Source: Opitutaceae bacterium
Lineage (GTDB): Bacteria; Verrucomicrobiota; Verrucomicrobiia; Opitutales; Opitutaceae
NCBI GenBank assembly: GCA_036675625.1
Contig: JAKFEQ010000066.1
Span: 47,725-111,724, forward strand
Direction: 5' to 3'
Length of the DNA: 64,000 nt
The translations under genes were made by a program, and so were the position numbers. The notes under the pieces were generated by a model that saw only the letters and a list, made by a program, of their open reading frames with translations, had not been told where the DNA came from and ran no database searches. Shown here in pieces: positions 10,024 to 19,852 of this stretch. The number at the start of each line of letters is the position of its first letter. Position 1 is the stretch's first letter.

Positions 10024-11313
10024 ATGTTCAAACGGATTCTCACTCTCGCCGCCGGCGTGATGCTGGGTGTCGCGCTCGCGGTCGGCGGCCTGCGGGTCGC
10101 TGCGGCGTGGAATCTGTTTCCCAGTCGCGAGCTTTCGCGCACCGCCAACTATTTACGCGACGTGATGCGGCTCGTGAACGAGCACTATGTCGACGAGCGG
10201 GCGGTGGCTTACGACGCGCTGGCGCGAACGGCGTTGCACGGGATGATCGAGTCGCTCGATCCGCATTCCGAGTTCCTGGAGCGGGAGGACAACGCGGAAT
10301 TCGAGGAGGATCTGACAGGGGAATTCGGCGGCGTCGGCGTGCAGGTCGAGACGCGGAACAACCGGATCGTCGTCATCGCGCCCCTCGCAGGCGGCCCAAG
10401 CGAGCGGGCCGGGGTGCAGCGCGGCGACGAGATCGTGAGCATCGATGGCAAGGCCGTGGAGACGAGCGGCAATGTAGATGGCATCGTCGGTCAATTGCGC
10501 GGAAAGCCGAAGACGCGAGTCGTCGTCGGGCTGTTTCGACCGGCGAAACAGCAGACGCTCACGCTGACGCTGGTCCGCGAGGTCATCAAAATCGAAAGCG
10601 TGCGCAGCGTGCGGCTGCTCGACGACGGTATCGGCTACGTACAGCTCACGGAGTTTTCCGACCACACGGGCGAACAATTTCGGCGGGCGATCGACACTCT
10701 GACGGCGCAGGGCGCGCACAGCCTGATCATCGATGTCCGCAACAATCCAGGTGGCGTGCTCGATGCGGCGGTCGCGGTGGCGGAACCGTTTTTCAAGAAA
10801 AACGAATTGATCGTGTACACGAGGGGGCGAAAGCCCGAGGACCGTGAAGAGTTTCGCTCCGAGCTGGAAGGCGCGCCGATCACGTTGCCGACGGCGGTGC
10901 TCATCAATGCCGGCAGCGCGAGTGCGGCGGAGATCGTGACGGGAGCGTTAAAGGATACGGGACGCGCGGTCGTGGTCGGCGAGCGTTCGTTTGGCAAAGG
11001 CTCGGTGCAGTCCGTGTTCAAGCTCGAAGGCGGGGAGGGGATGCGGCTGACGACGGCGCGCTACTACACGCCGAGCGGCGCGACGATTCATGAGCGTGGC
11101 ATCTCGCCGCATGTGGATGTGGTGATGACGCCGGAGGAAGACACGAAGCTCGCGCGGCAGCGCGCACGGCCGGACATCACCGACGCGAAGGAATTCAAGG
11201 AGCGCTTCGGCTTCGAGCCGATCGCCGATCGGCAGCTCGAAACCGCGATCGCGATGCTCAAGGGCGTGCGGCTGTTCGGCGAGCGCACGGTGGCACGCGT
11301 CGGGTCGCGGTGA
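10024..11313 (+). CDS. S41-family C-terminal processing protease (PDZ + peptidase)
   Basis: SLDPHSEF, GVGVQV, IIDVRNNPGG, SASAAEI, RSFGKGSVQ, TTARYYTPSG; exact start uncertain. Confidence 0.93.
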   Translation: MFKRILTLAAGVMLGVALAVGGLRVAAAWNLFPSRELSRTANYLRDVMRLVNEHYVDERAVAYDALARTALHGMIESLDPHSEFLEREDNAEFEEDLTGEFGGVGVQVETRNNRIVVIAPLAGGPSERAGVQRGDEIVSIDGKAVETSGNVDGIVGQLRGKPKTRVVVGLFRPAKQQTLTLTLVREVIKIESVRSVRLLDDGIGYVQLTEFSDHTGEQFRRAIDTLTAQGAHSLIIDVRNNPGGVLDAAVAVAEPFFKKNELIVYTRGRKPEDREEFRSELEGAPITLPTAVLINAGSASAAEIVTGALKDTGRAVVVGERSFGKGSVQSVFKLEGGEGMRLTTARYYTPSGATIHERGISPHVDVVMTPEEDTKLARQRARPDITDAKEFKERFGFEPIADRQLETAIAMLKGVRLFGERTVARVGSR

Positions 11314-11314
11314 C

Positions 11315-12367
11315 ATGATTCTCGCGCTCGAAAGCTCCTGCGACGAGACGGCCGTCGCGCTCTTCGATCCTGCCCGCGGTCTGGTCGGCGAATGGGTGCA
11401 CAGCCAGATCGCGCTGCATGAGAAGCACGGCGGCGTCGTGCCCGATCTGGCGACGCGGGAACATTTGCGAACGTTTGGGCCGCTGCTGGAGCGGGCGCGC
11501 ACGGAAGTCGGGTTCGAGCACGTCAGCCGCGTCGCGGTGACGCACGGCCCGGGGCTGGCGGCGTGCCTGGCGATCGGGGTCGCGGCGGCGAAGTCGCTGG
11601 CGTTGGGGCTGCGCGTGCCGGTCGTGGGGGTGAATCATCTGCGCGGACACGTCTGGTCGCCGTTCATCGCGTTGCACGCGGAAGCGCCGCCGGACTTCGA
11701 GACGCGACTCGCCCAGTTGCTGCCGCATCTCGGGCTGATCGTCTCGGGCGGAAACACGTTGTTGTTCACGCTCGACGCGGAGCGGCGGCTCGCGGTGCTC
11801 TCATCGACCCGCGACGACGCTGCGGGTGAGGCGCTCGACAAGGGCGCGAAGCTGCTCGGGCTCGGTTATCCGGGCGGACCGTTGATCGAAAAGCTCGCCG
11901 CGCAAGGGAGCCGGGATGCGTTTGATTTTCCGCGCGGTATCGGCCGGCGCGACGAGCTCGACTTCAGTTTCTCGGGACTGAAGACCAGCCTGCGTTACCT
12001 TTTGGAGAAGATGCCCGCGGACGAGGTGCAGCGACGGCTGGCGGATCTTTGTGCGAGCTACCAGCAGGCAGTGGTCGACGCGCTGGCGCGGAAAACGCGG
12101 GCGGCGCTGCGGCTGGGGGAAGAGGCGGGCGGCGCGTTTCGCAGCCTTGGGCTTTCCGGCGGAGTGGCCAACAATCGGACCTTGCGCGCCTCGCTCGAAG
12201 CGGAAGCGAAGCGGGCGCGAATACCATTTTTAGCCGCGCAGCCGAAGCATACGGGAGACAATGCGGGAATGATCGCGTTTGCCGCGTGGGCGGATCGCGC
12301 GGGCACGGAGGCCAATGCGGGGCTGGCGTTGCGGATCGAGCCAAGCGCGGCGCTCGTTGGGGCGTAG
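11315..12367 (+). CDS. tsaD: tRNA N6-threonylcarbamoyladenosine synthesis protein TsaD
   Basis: LALESSCDETA, GGVVP, HLRGH, DDAAGEALDK, FSFSGLKT, GGVANN, DNAGMIA. Confidence 0.96.
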   Translation: MILALESSCDETAVALFDPARGLVGEWVHSQIALHEKHGGVVPDLATREHLRTFGPLLERARTEVGFEHVSRVAVTHGPGLAACLAIGVAAAKSLALGLRVPVVGVNHLRGHVWSPFIALHAEAPPDFETRLAQLLPHLGLIVSGGNTLLFTLDAERRLAVLSSTRDDAAGEALDKGAKLLGLGYPGGPLIEKLAAQGSRDAFDFPRGIGRRDELDFSFSGLKTSLRYLLEKMPADEVQRRLADLCASYQQAVVDALARKTRAALRLGEEAGGAFRSLGLSGGVANNRTLRASLEAEAKRARIPFLAAQPKHTGDNAGMIAFAAWADRAGTEANAGLALRIEPSAALVGA

Positions 12368-12415
12368 ATCGAGCGCGGCGGCTCGATAGGCGAGCGACGG
12401 GAGATCGAACCTCTA

Positions 12416-12450
12416 GCGGAGGTTGAGCGGAGGTTGAGCGGAGGATGAGC
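12416..12450. repeat. Three tandem 11-mers (GCGGAGGTTGA)
   Basis: gcggaggttga gcggaggttga gcggaggatga between convergent tsaD and rpoN. Confidence 0.75.
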
Positions 12451-12491
12451 CCAGGATCGGCGATCCCTTGGCGGACTGCCCCAGCGGGCGC

Positions 12492-14027
12492 CTACTTGTA
12501 ATCGCGCCGCAGATTACTCGGCAGGATGCCGAGTTCCTCGCGGTATTTCGCCACGGTGCGGCGTGCGATGGTGATGCCTTTTTCGTGCAGCTTGGCAACC
12601 AGCTCCTGATCGCTCAAGGGTGCGCCCTTGTCTTCCATGTTGATCAGATCGGCGATCATCTCCTTCACGCTCGTGTTCGAGACCGATGCGCCGCTCTCGG
12701 CCTGATAGCCGGGCGTGAAGAAATATTTGAAATCGAATACGCCGTGCGGCGTCCGGATGTACTTGTTCGCGATGGCGCGGCTGACAGTCGTCTCGTGCAC
12801 GCCGACGACCTCGGCGATCTGGGTCATCGTGAGGGGCTTCAACGCCGAAACGCCCGTCTCGAAAAACTCTTTCTGCGCGTTGATGATTTCCCGCGTGATA
12901 CGCTCGATGGTGCGCTGCCGCTGCTCGATCGAGTCGATGAGGAATTTGCCGGAGCGCATGCGCTCCCGAAGATAGTCGCGCTCGTCCTTGGTGAGAGTGC
13001 CTTTCGCGATGAGATCGCGGTAGGTGCTCGAGATGCGCAGGCGCGGGATGTAGTCGCTGTTGAGGTGGATCTTCCACTCTTCGCCGTCTTTCTCGACGGT
13101 GACGTCGGGCACGACTACGCGGTTGTTATCCTCGGCAAAGCGGCGGCCGGGCGCGGGGTCGAGCTTGCCGATCTCCTCGATGGCCGACTGCACATCGTCG
13201 GTGTCCACGCCGAGCTTGCGGGCGAGCTCGGGAATCCGGCGGCGGGTGAGGAGCTCGAAATGATCACGGATCATCCGCGTGGCGAGTGAGCCGGCGCGGC
13301 CTTTGGCGACGAGCTGAAGGATCAGGCACTCCGCGAGATCCTTCGCGCCGATGCCGGGAGGATCGAAGGTCTTCAGGACTTTCAACGCCTCCTGCACGGC
13401 ATCGAGCGGCAGGCCGGTTTGCAGCGCGACGTCGCTTGCGGTCTGCGTCAGGAAGCCACGATCGTCGAGGCCACCGACGAGGTGTCGCGTCGCTTCGAGC
13501 GCATTCGGCGACATGTCGGCGAGCTCGGCCTGCTGCATCAGATGCTCCTGCAACGAGGTCTCGCTCACGAGCGAGTCGAAGAAATGCTGGCGGCGTTCCG
13601 CATCCTCGGAGGTGTAAGGCTGCGCGCCGCCGACGCTCGCCATGTGGTCGCGCCAGTCCTCGTCGAGTTTGCCCAGGATCTCGAATTCGCGGTCGCGGGA
13701 GAAATCCAGTTCGTCGCGTTTCGCGTCGGAGTGGTCCGCGGGCGCGGCCGACTCGGGTGAGTCGTGCGACTCCGAGAGCGTGGCCATGCCGTTCTCCGAG
13801 ACGCCGTCGTTGCCATCGGCGTGGTCCTCGGCGGGTTTGTCGAGGCTCTCGCCTTCCATCGGCAGCTCCTCGAGCGTCGGATTGCTCTGCAGTTCCTCCT
13901 GGATGACCGAGCGCAGGTCGAGCGCGGCCACCTGAAGGATTTTCAGCGAGTGGCGCAGTTGCGGCGCGAGGACCAGCGACTGCGTCTGTCGCTGGCGGAG
14001 ATCCTGACTAAATCCGGGCCCGCTCAT
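12492..14027 (-). CDS. rpoN: RNA polymerase sigma-54 factor
   Basis: Region I QRQTQSLVLAPQL, HETTVSRA, RpoN box ARRTVAKYRE. Confidence 0.98.
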   Translation of the reverse strand: MSGPGFSQDLRQRQTQSLVLAPQLRHSLKILQVAALDLRSVIQEELQSNPTLEELPMEGESLDKPAEDHADGNDGVSENGMATLSESHDSPESAAPADHSDAKRDELDFSRDREFEILGKLDEDWRDHMASVGGAQPYTSEDAERRQHFFDSLVSETSLQEHLMQQAELADMSPNALEATRHLVGGLDDRGFLTQTASDVALQTGLPLDAVQEALKVLKTFDPPGIGAKDLAECLILQLVAKGRAGSLATRMIRDHFELLTRRRIPELARKLGVDTDDVQSAIEEIGKLDPAPGRRFAEDNNRVVVPDVTVEKDGEEWKIHLNSDYIPRLRISSTYRDLIAKGTLTKDERDYLRERMRSGKFLIDSIEQRQRTIERITREIINAQKEFFETGVSALKPLTMTQIAEVVGVHETTVSRAIANKYIRTPHGVFDFKYFFTPGYQAESGASVSNTSVKEMIADLINMEDKGAPLSDQELVAKLHEKGITIARRTVAKYREELGILPSNLRRDYK

Positions 14028-14053
14028 ATGGATGAAGAAATGGCTGGTTCATC

Positions 14054-15028
14054 TCAGATGGGCGCGCGCGAAGAAAGCGTGGGAAGCACAGGATCGCGGA
14101 CGCCGAAGAGATCTTTCAGGTAAACGCCGAGTTTCTCGTTCGTGGGGCCGTAGCGATCGCTGTAGAGGTAGAGTTCGAGGTCCGTCAGCATGTCGGAGGC
14201 GGACTGGTAACGCTTGTCGCGATCGCGCTGGAGCGCGCGCTGGATGATCGCCTCGAGGCGCGGCTCGATGTCATCGCGCAGCGTGGCGAACTTCGGGATG
14301 GGCATCGTGAGGATGTTGCGCCGCGACTGCGCGCGGTCGGCGGAGCGAAAGATGTTTTTCCCGAGCAGCAATTCCGTGAGCACGATGCCGAGCGCGAACA
14401 TATCTGCCCGGGCATCGGTGATGGCGTAGCTGGCCTGTTCGGGCGAGAGATACTCGTCCTTGCCCGCGATGACTTTGCCTTCCTCATTGTACATCAGGTC
14501 GAGGGCCTTCGCGATGCCGAAGTCGGTGAGCTTCACGTCGCCCTCGTAGCCGATCATAACATTTTTCGGACCAATATCGCGGTGCACGATATCGAGGTGG
14601 CGCCCCTCGCGGTCGCACTTGGAGTGGGCGTAAGTGAGGCCGCGGGCGACCCGGGAGACGATGAAGGCGGCGAGGTCGACGGGGATGGGTTTTCCCAGCT
14701 TGCGGTGCTGTTCGAGGAACTGCTCGAGGTTCACGCCCCGCACAAACTCCATCACCATGAAATACTGGCCGCCGACCTGCCCGAGGTGGTAAGTCTGGAC
14801 GATGTTGGTGTGGATGAGATCGGCGACGAGTCGCGCCTCGCCGATGAAGTTGTTCTGGAATTCCTCGATCGCGGAATACTCCTCACGAATGAGCTTCACG
14901 GCGACGACCTTGCGGAAATTTCCGACGCCGAGCTGCTGTGCCTCGTAGACGACCCCCATCCCTCCCTCGGCGACCTTGCGGGTCATCTCATAGTGGAGCT
15001 CGTTGAAAATATGTTTGATCGACGCCAC
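14054..15028 (-). CDS. Hanks-type Ser/Thr protein kinase (catalytic domain only)
   Basis: [35 protein letters not shown]; no TM or sensor domain. Confidence 0.92.
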   Translation of the reverse strand: MASIKHIFNELHYEMTRKVAEGGMGVVYEAQQLGVGNFRKVVAVKLIREEYSAIEEFQNNFIGEARLVADLIHTNIVQTYHLGQVGGQYFMVMEFVRGVNLEQFLEQHRKLGKPIPVDLAAFIVSRVARGLTYAHSKCDREGRHLDIVHRDIGPKNVMIGYEGDVKLTDFGIAKALDLMYNEEGKVIAGKDEYLSPEQASYAITDARADMFALGIVLTELLLGKNIFRSADRAQSRRNILTMPIPKFATLRDDIEPRLEAIIQRALQRDRDKRYQSASDMLTDLELYLYSDRYGPTNEKLGVYLKDLFGVRDPVLPTLSSRAPI

Positions 15029-15119
15029 TCGAGCGGAGGAAAGGTGTCGCCGCTGATGCTGGCAAGCGCGCAGATTCCTTATTCGGCCCGAAATTTGCTA
15101 CAGCGTTCGCAGCCACCGT

Positions 15120-15147
15120 TTGACAGCGCGTCGCGCGATCCTACGGT
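15120..15147 (+). promoter_or_regulatory. Candidate sigma-70 promoter for the HesB/IscA gene
   Basis: TTGACA-N16-TACGGT, 9 nt before ATG 15157. Confidence 0.45.
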
Positions 15148-15156
15148 GCGGGCAAC

Positions 15157-15474
15157 ATGATCACGTTGACGCCACGCGCCGCGCAGCAGGTGCGCTCGAT
15201 GCATGCGGAGATGAACGCGCCGGAGAAGCACTTGCGCGTTCTCGTCGAGAACGGCGGCTGCTCGGGTTTCCAGTACGGAATGTCGTTCGACGAGGCGAAG
15301 CCCGACGACCAGCAACTCGAGAGTGAAGGCGTGCCGATCCTGATCGATCCCACGAGTCTCGCCTACATGAGCGGTTCGGTGATCGATTTTGATGATGGCC
15401 TGCACGGCAAGGGATTTGAGATCAAGAATCCGAACGCGCAGAGCACGTGTGGGTGTGGGAAATCGTTTAGTTGA
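15157..15474 (+). CDS. A-type Fe-S cluster carrier (HesB/IscA/ErpA family)
   Basis: GGCSGFQY and TCGCGKSF. Confidence 0.95.
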   Translation: MITLTPRAAQQVRSMHAEMNAPEKHLRVLVENGGCSGFQYGMSFDEAKPDDQQLESEGVPILIDPTSLAYMSGSVIDFDDGLHGKGFEIKNPNAQSTCGCGKSFS

Positions 15475-15560
15475 GCGCGCGTATAGGCGCGCGGGCGAGC
15501 TCGAGCGCGACCGCGGGTTGATCGCATTGGTAGTGGACGCGAGTGGCGGCGCCGGTGCGG

Positions 15561-16256
15561 TTACTTCTGCGCTTCGTGCAGCGCGACGATGCCGAAAGTC
15601 ATCGCGCACGAACGCACACTTGAAAATCCCGCGTGGGTGATCTCGGCGGCGAGCGCGGTTCGATTGGGAAACGCTTCGATCGTGCGATTAAGGTAGTCGT
15701 AGGCCGCGCGATCGCCGGTCACGACGCCCGCGAGGCGCGGCAGGATTTTCGCGAGATAGAAATAATAGAGCGGCCGAAACCAACGGTGTGGTTGCGAGAA
15801 CTCCAATATGAACAAGCGCCCGCCGGGGCGCAGCACGCGACGCATCTCGCGGAGGCCGCGATCGCGATCGGCGAGGTTGCGCAGCCCGAATGAAATCGTG
15901 ACGGCATCGAACAATTCATCGCCGACGGGCAGCGCAAGAATATCGCCTTGGCGAAACGTCACGCGGGCCGTCGCACCGAGGGCACTTTTTTTCTTTTCTG
16001 CCTCGACGAGCATCGGCCGGCAAAAATCCATCCCCGTAATCGTGCGTGCGCTCGCGACCCCGCGATCCAACGCGAATGCGACGTCACCGCTGCCGGTGGC
16101 GAGGTCGAGCAGGTCGCGTGGGGAGTCGCGGCGGACGGCTTGCACCAAGCGTTTGCGCCACCAGATGTCCATGCCTCCGCTGAGAAGTCGGTTCGCGAAA
16201 TCATAGCGCCGCGCAATGCGCGCGAACATGGAATTAACCGCTGCCGGGTCAGGCAT
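15561..16256 (-). CDS. UbiE/MenG-family methyltransferase
   Basis: MFARIARRYDFANRLLSGG, LDLATGSGD, ISFGLRNL, ILEFSQP. Confidence 0.93.
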   Translation of the reverse strand: MPDPAAVNSMFARIARRYDFANRLLSGGMDIWWRKRLVQAVRRDSPRDLLDLATGSGDVAFALDRGVASARTITGMDFCRPMLVEAEKKKSALGATARVTFRQGDILALPVGDELFDAVTISFGLRNLADRDRGLREMRRVLRPGGRLFILEFSQPHRWFRPLYYFYLAKILPRLAGVVTGDRAAYDYLNRTIEAFPNRTALAAEITHAGFSSVRSCAMTFGIVALHEAQK

Positions 16257-16310
16257 ATGCCGGATGGGAATTCCCGGGGGAACGCCCGTAAAGCAAAATG
16301 GTCATAAGAG

Positions 16311-16340
16311 TTGACGCAATTTGAAGCGTGCAAATAATTT
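16311..16340 (+). promoter_or_regulatory. Candidate sigma-70 promoter for the HU gene
   Basis: TTGACG-N18-TAATTT. Confidence 0.35.
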
Positions 16341-16385
16341 AGCTGCTTCGGAATACCAAGGGCCCTCAGCAAAAGGAGAAACCCC

Positions 16386-16748
16386 ATGTCTAACCTGACC
16401 AAACGTGAAATCGTGCTGGAAATCTACCGGAAATCGGGATTCCCGCAAAAACAGATCGTCGACACTGTCCAACAGACACTCGACATAATTCAAAAGGCAT
16501 TGGCGAATGGCCGCAATGTGGAGTTGCGCAATTTCGGCGTGTTGGAGGTGCAGGTGCGCAAGCAGCGCATCGGGCGGAATCCGAATAAACCCGAGGCGGA
16601 AGTGGTTATTCCACAGCGCGCGGTGGTGAAATTCAAATCCGGAAAGATCCTCAAGCAGCAGCTCAAGAAGCTGGATTTGGCAAAGCTGCAGGGCGTCAGC
16701 GCTCCCGCGAGCAGCAGCGGCAGCAGCAGTAGTACGCCGGCGGCTTGA
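16386..16748 (+). CDS. HU/IHF-family DNA-binding protein
   Basis: VELRNFGVLEV, GRNPNKP, VVKFKSGK. Confidence 0.95.
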   Translation: MSNLTKREIVLEIYRKSGFPQKQIVDTVQQTLDIIQKALANGRNVELRNFGVLEVQVRKQRIGRNPNKPEAEVVIPQRAVVKFKSGKILKQQLKKLDLAKLQGVSAPASSSGSSSSTPAA

Positions 16749-16882
16749 TCGAACGGTGCCGGGGAATGGGTTTTCCCCTGCGCCGCGGTGTAAGTGGACA
16801 CCGCTGCGAGCGAAGCTCGAGGCGGGCGGGGAAGAGTTTTGAGTCGCGCTGCGTCGAAGCGTTTCGCAACGATGCGGCCTTC

Positions 16883-18187
16883 ATGGCGACGTTCCAGACC
16901 CTGCCCGGCTTCCGCGAATTCTATCCTGAGGATCTCGCGCGCCGGAATCATGTTTTCAGGTTGTGGCGGCAGACAGCCAACACGTTCGGATTTTCCGAAT
17001 ACGATGCGCCGGTGTTGGAGCCGCTCGAGCTCTACAAGGCAAAATCCGGCGACGAGATTGAAGCGCAGCTCTTCAGCTTCACGGACAAGGGCGGTCGCGA
17101 GGTGGCGCTGCGACCGGAAATGACGCCGACGGTGTGTCGTCTCGTCGGTGCGCGGGCCAATGCGCTCAAGCGGCCGATCAAGTGGTTCAGCATCGGGGAA
17201 TTTTACCGCTACGAACGGGCGCAAAAAGGGCGGCTGCGCGCGTTTTTTCAGTTCAACGCGGATATCTTTGGCGAGCCCGGACCGGAAGCGGAGATCGAGC
17301 TGATCGCGCAACTCATTCAATGCTTCCGCGCATTCGGCCTGACCGAGCAGGATTTCTATGTGCGGCTGAGCGACCGCGATTTGTGGTTCTACTTTCTCGA
17401 GTCGCTTGGGCTCGACGACGCCAGAACGCGGGCGATGTTGAGTGCGGTCGACAAGGATGACTTCGCGGCCTACGAGGCGAAGTTCGGCCCGCGCGAGGCG
17501 GAGGTGAAGGATGCGATTGCGCGATTCCTGGCGATCCGCTCGCTGGCGCAACTCGAGGCCGAGCTCGCAACCTTCGCGAGCGAGCGCATCCAGGGGCGGC
17601 TCCTCGAATGGAAAAAATTGATAGGCGGGCTCGCAGCGATGGGCCTCGGCGAGTTTATCGCGGTCGACATGAGCGTGGTGCGTGGGCTCGCCTATTACAC
17701 CGGGTTTGTTTTCGAGGCTTTCGACAAGAAGGGAGAACTCCGCGCGCTCGCAGGTGGTGGCCGTTACGACGATCTGGTCGCGAAGCTGGGCGGGCCGGCC
17801 TTGCCGGCGGTGGGATTCGCGATCGGCGATGTGACGACCGGGTTGCTGCTCGAGCAACGTGGGCTGATGCCCAAGCTCATGCAGGCTCCGGATGTCTATT
17901 GCGTGATTGGCGGTGAAAACGAGCGACGGGCCGCGTTTGGCGATATATACATGCTGCGCGCGGCGGGTTTTCGCGTGGAGTATCCGATGAAGGAAGTGGC
18001 GTTCGGGAAACAGTTCAAAGCGGCCGCGGAATCCGGCGCAAAGCTGGCGTTGATCTATGGCGGCGACGAGCTGGCGAAAGGCGTCGTGAAGATTCGCGAT
18101 CTCACCCAGCGCAACGAAATCGAAGTGCCGCGCGAGCAAGTCGCCACGCACGTGCGCGATTTCTTCAGCGGCGACCAGCACGGATGA
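16883..18187 (+). CDS. hisS: Histidine--tRNA ligase
   Basis: LRPEMT, YRYERAQKGRLRAFFQ, RGLAYYTG, GGGRYD; start reassigned to MATFQTLPGF. Confidence 0.96.
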   Translation: MATFQTLPGFREFYPEDLARRNHVFRLWRQTANTFGFSEYDAPVLEPLELYKAKSGDEIEAQLFSFTDKGGREVALRPEMTPTVCRLVGARANALKRPIKWFSIGEFYRYERAQKGRLRAFFQFNADIFGEPGPEAEIELIAQLIQCFRAFGLTEQDFYVRLSDRDLWFYFLESLGLDDARTRAMLSAVDKDDFAAYEAKFGPREAEVKDAIARFLAIRSLAQLEAELATFASERIQGRLLEWKKLIGGLAAMGLGEFIAVDMSVVRGLAYYTGFVFEAFDKKGELRALAGGGRYDDLVAKLGGPALPAVGFAIGDVTTGLLLEQRGLMPKLMQAPDVYCVIGGENERRAAFGDIYMLRAAGFRVEYPMKEVAFGKQFKAAAESGAKLALIYGGDELAKGVVKIRDLTQRNEIEVPREQVATHVRDFFSGDQHG

Positions 18188-18567
18188 AAACGCCCGGCCA
18201 ACGCTTCCGCGCCCTGCCGGGAAACTACGCCGTGTGCCGGCTGAGTCCCGAAGTCGCGGTGCCGGGCTGGGCCGCCGGGCCGTTTCTCAATATCACCCTC
18301 ACCGACGACGAGCTCGCGATCATCTGCCCGGCGGAGTGCGTGCCGGCTGACGTGCGGGCGGAGCGCGACTGGCGCGTGCTGAAGCTGGTGGGCCCGTTCC
18401 CGTTTACCGCGGTGGGCGTGCTGGCTTCGCTGGCGACGCCGCTCGCAAACGCGGGCATCAGCCTGCTTTCGGTCGCCACGTACGACACGGATTATTTTCT
18501 GGTGAAGAGCGCGGTCTTCGATGACGCGATCGAGGTGCTCGTCGCGGCCGGGCACACGCGGATCTAG
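18184..18567 (+). CDS. Tandem ACT-domain protein (ACT_7/CASTOR-like)
   Basis: FLNITLTDDELAII, LKLVGPFPF..VGVLA, ISLLSVATYDTDYFLV; ATGA overlap with hisS. Confidence 0.8.
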   Translation: MKTPGQRFRALPGNYAVCRLSPEVAVPGWAAGPFLNITLTDDELAIICPAECVPADVRAERDWRVLKLVGPFPFTAVGVLASLATPLANAGISLLSVATYDTDYFLVKSAVFDDAIEVLVAAGHTRI

Positions 18568-18615
18568 TCGAGGGTGAGACCCGGCGCGTCGATGCGGAGC
18601 GGACTCAAACCCGGG

Positions 18616-19404
18616 ATGAAACTATTGCTCTTTGTCGTCGCGGTGTACGCCGGGCTCGCGATCGCCGCGCACTTTCTCGCGTCGAAGGCGCTATATTATC
18701 CGGAAATGGCGTCGCGCCGAAGTCCGGCAAACGCGCAGACCGTCCGCGACGAAGCGGGCAATAACATCGCCGTGCTGCACGTGCCGAATCCGCAGGCGCA
18801 GTTTACGATCTGGTTTTTTCACGGCAACGCGGAGGCTCTCGGCGATCTCGAGCCGATGCTGTTTGCCCTGCGCGACGCGGGTTTCGCGGTGTTCGCCTTC
18901 GACTATCCGGGTTATGGTGCGAGTACGGGAAAGCCGTCGGAGAAGTCGCTGTACACAGCGTCCCGCGCCGCGCGGAAATTCCTGCGCGAGGAGCTGAAGG
19001 TTCCGGCGGCGCGCACGATTATATACGGTCGCTCGCTGGGCAGCGGGCCGGCGGTGGAGATGGCAACGGAGGAGCGCGTCGGCGGCCTGGTGTTGCAGAG
19101 CGCGTTCACCAGTGTGTATCGCGTGCTCACGCGCTGGCGGATTTTCCCGGGAGATCTGTTTGAGAACGAACGGAAGCTCGCGCGCGTCTCGGCGCCGGTG
19201 CTGGTGATGCACGGCGAGGCGGACGAAGTGATTCCATTTCGCCACGGGCAGGCGCTCTTCGCGGCGGCGCGCGAGCCGAAGCGTTCGTTCTTCGTGCCGG
19301 GCGCGCGGCACAATGATTTTCTCAGTGTCGCCGGGCCGGGATATTGGGATGCGCTGCGTGACTTCAGCGCGGTGTGTGCGCACGCGAGCGCTTCGAACCC
19401 TTGA
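18616..19404 (+). CDS. Alpha/beta hydrolase (ABHD17/BEM46-like), N-terminal TM
   Basis: FFHGNAE, DYPGYG, GRSLG nucleophile elbow, HGEADEVIP, HND; start uncertain. Confidence 0.9.
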   Translation: MKLLLFVVAVYAGLAIAAHFLASKALYYPEMASRRSPANAQTVRDEAGNNIAVLHVPNPQAQFTIWFFHGNAEALGDLEPMLFALRDAGFAVFAFDYPGYGASTGKPSEKSLYTASRAARKFLREELKVPAARTIIYGRSLGSGPAVEMATEERVGGLVLQSAFTSVYRVLTRWRIFPGDLFENERKLARVSAPVLVMHGEADEVIPFRHGQALFAAAREPKRSFFVPGARHNDFLSVAGPGYWDALRDFSAVCAHASASNP

Positions 19405-19813
19405 GGAGATTGGCGGGGCCAAACGCTTTCGGGAGAAGCTCGGGCAATGACGTCTCGAGGCGTTCAGCGGAGTCACACACGCTGATCACGACGGCGCGGG
19501 GGCCAAATTCGTTGATCACCTGTCGGCACGCGCCGCACGGCATCGTCGGTTCCGGCGTGGAGGTATAGACAACGACCGCCTTGATCTCCCGTTCGCCGGC
19601 GGCCGCGGCGGTGAAAATCGCCGTGCGCTCGGCGCAGTTGCAGAGGCCGTAGGAGGCGTTCTCGACATTGCAGCCGGCGTAGATTTTGCCGGAGCCCGCG
19701 AGGATGGCGGCGCCGACCTTGAAGTTTGAATACGGCGCATAGGCCGTGGTCGCGGAAGCGCGGGCGGCTTTTTCGAGGCGCTGAAGCTTGGCGGGGGAAG
19801 GGGAGCCGGACAT
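19364..19813 (-). CDS. cdd: Cytidine deaminase
   Basis: AYAPYSNFKVGAA, GCNVENASY, CAER, PCGACRQ. Confidence 0.95.
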   Translation of the reverse strand: MSGSPSPAKLQRLEKAARASATTAYAPYSNFKVGAAILAGSGKIYAGCNVENASYGLCNCAERTAIFTAAAAGEREIKAVVVYTSTPEPTMPCGACRQVINEFGPRAVVISVCDSAERLETSLPELLPKAFGPANLLKGSKRSRAHTPR

Positions 19814-19852
19814 GAAAGGGAAAACAAACGGTGAGGCGGCGCGGCCACGGCG

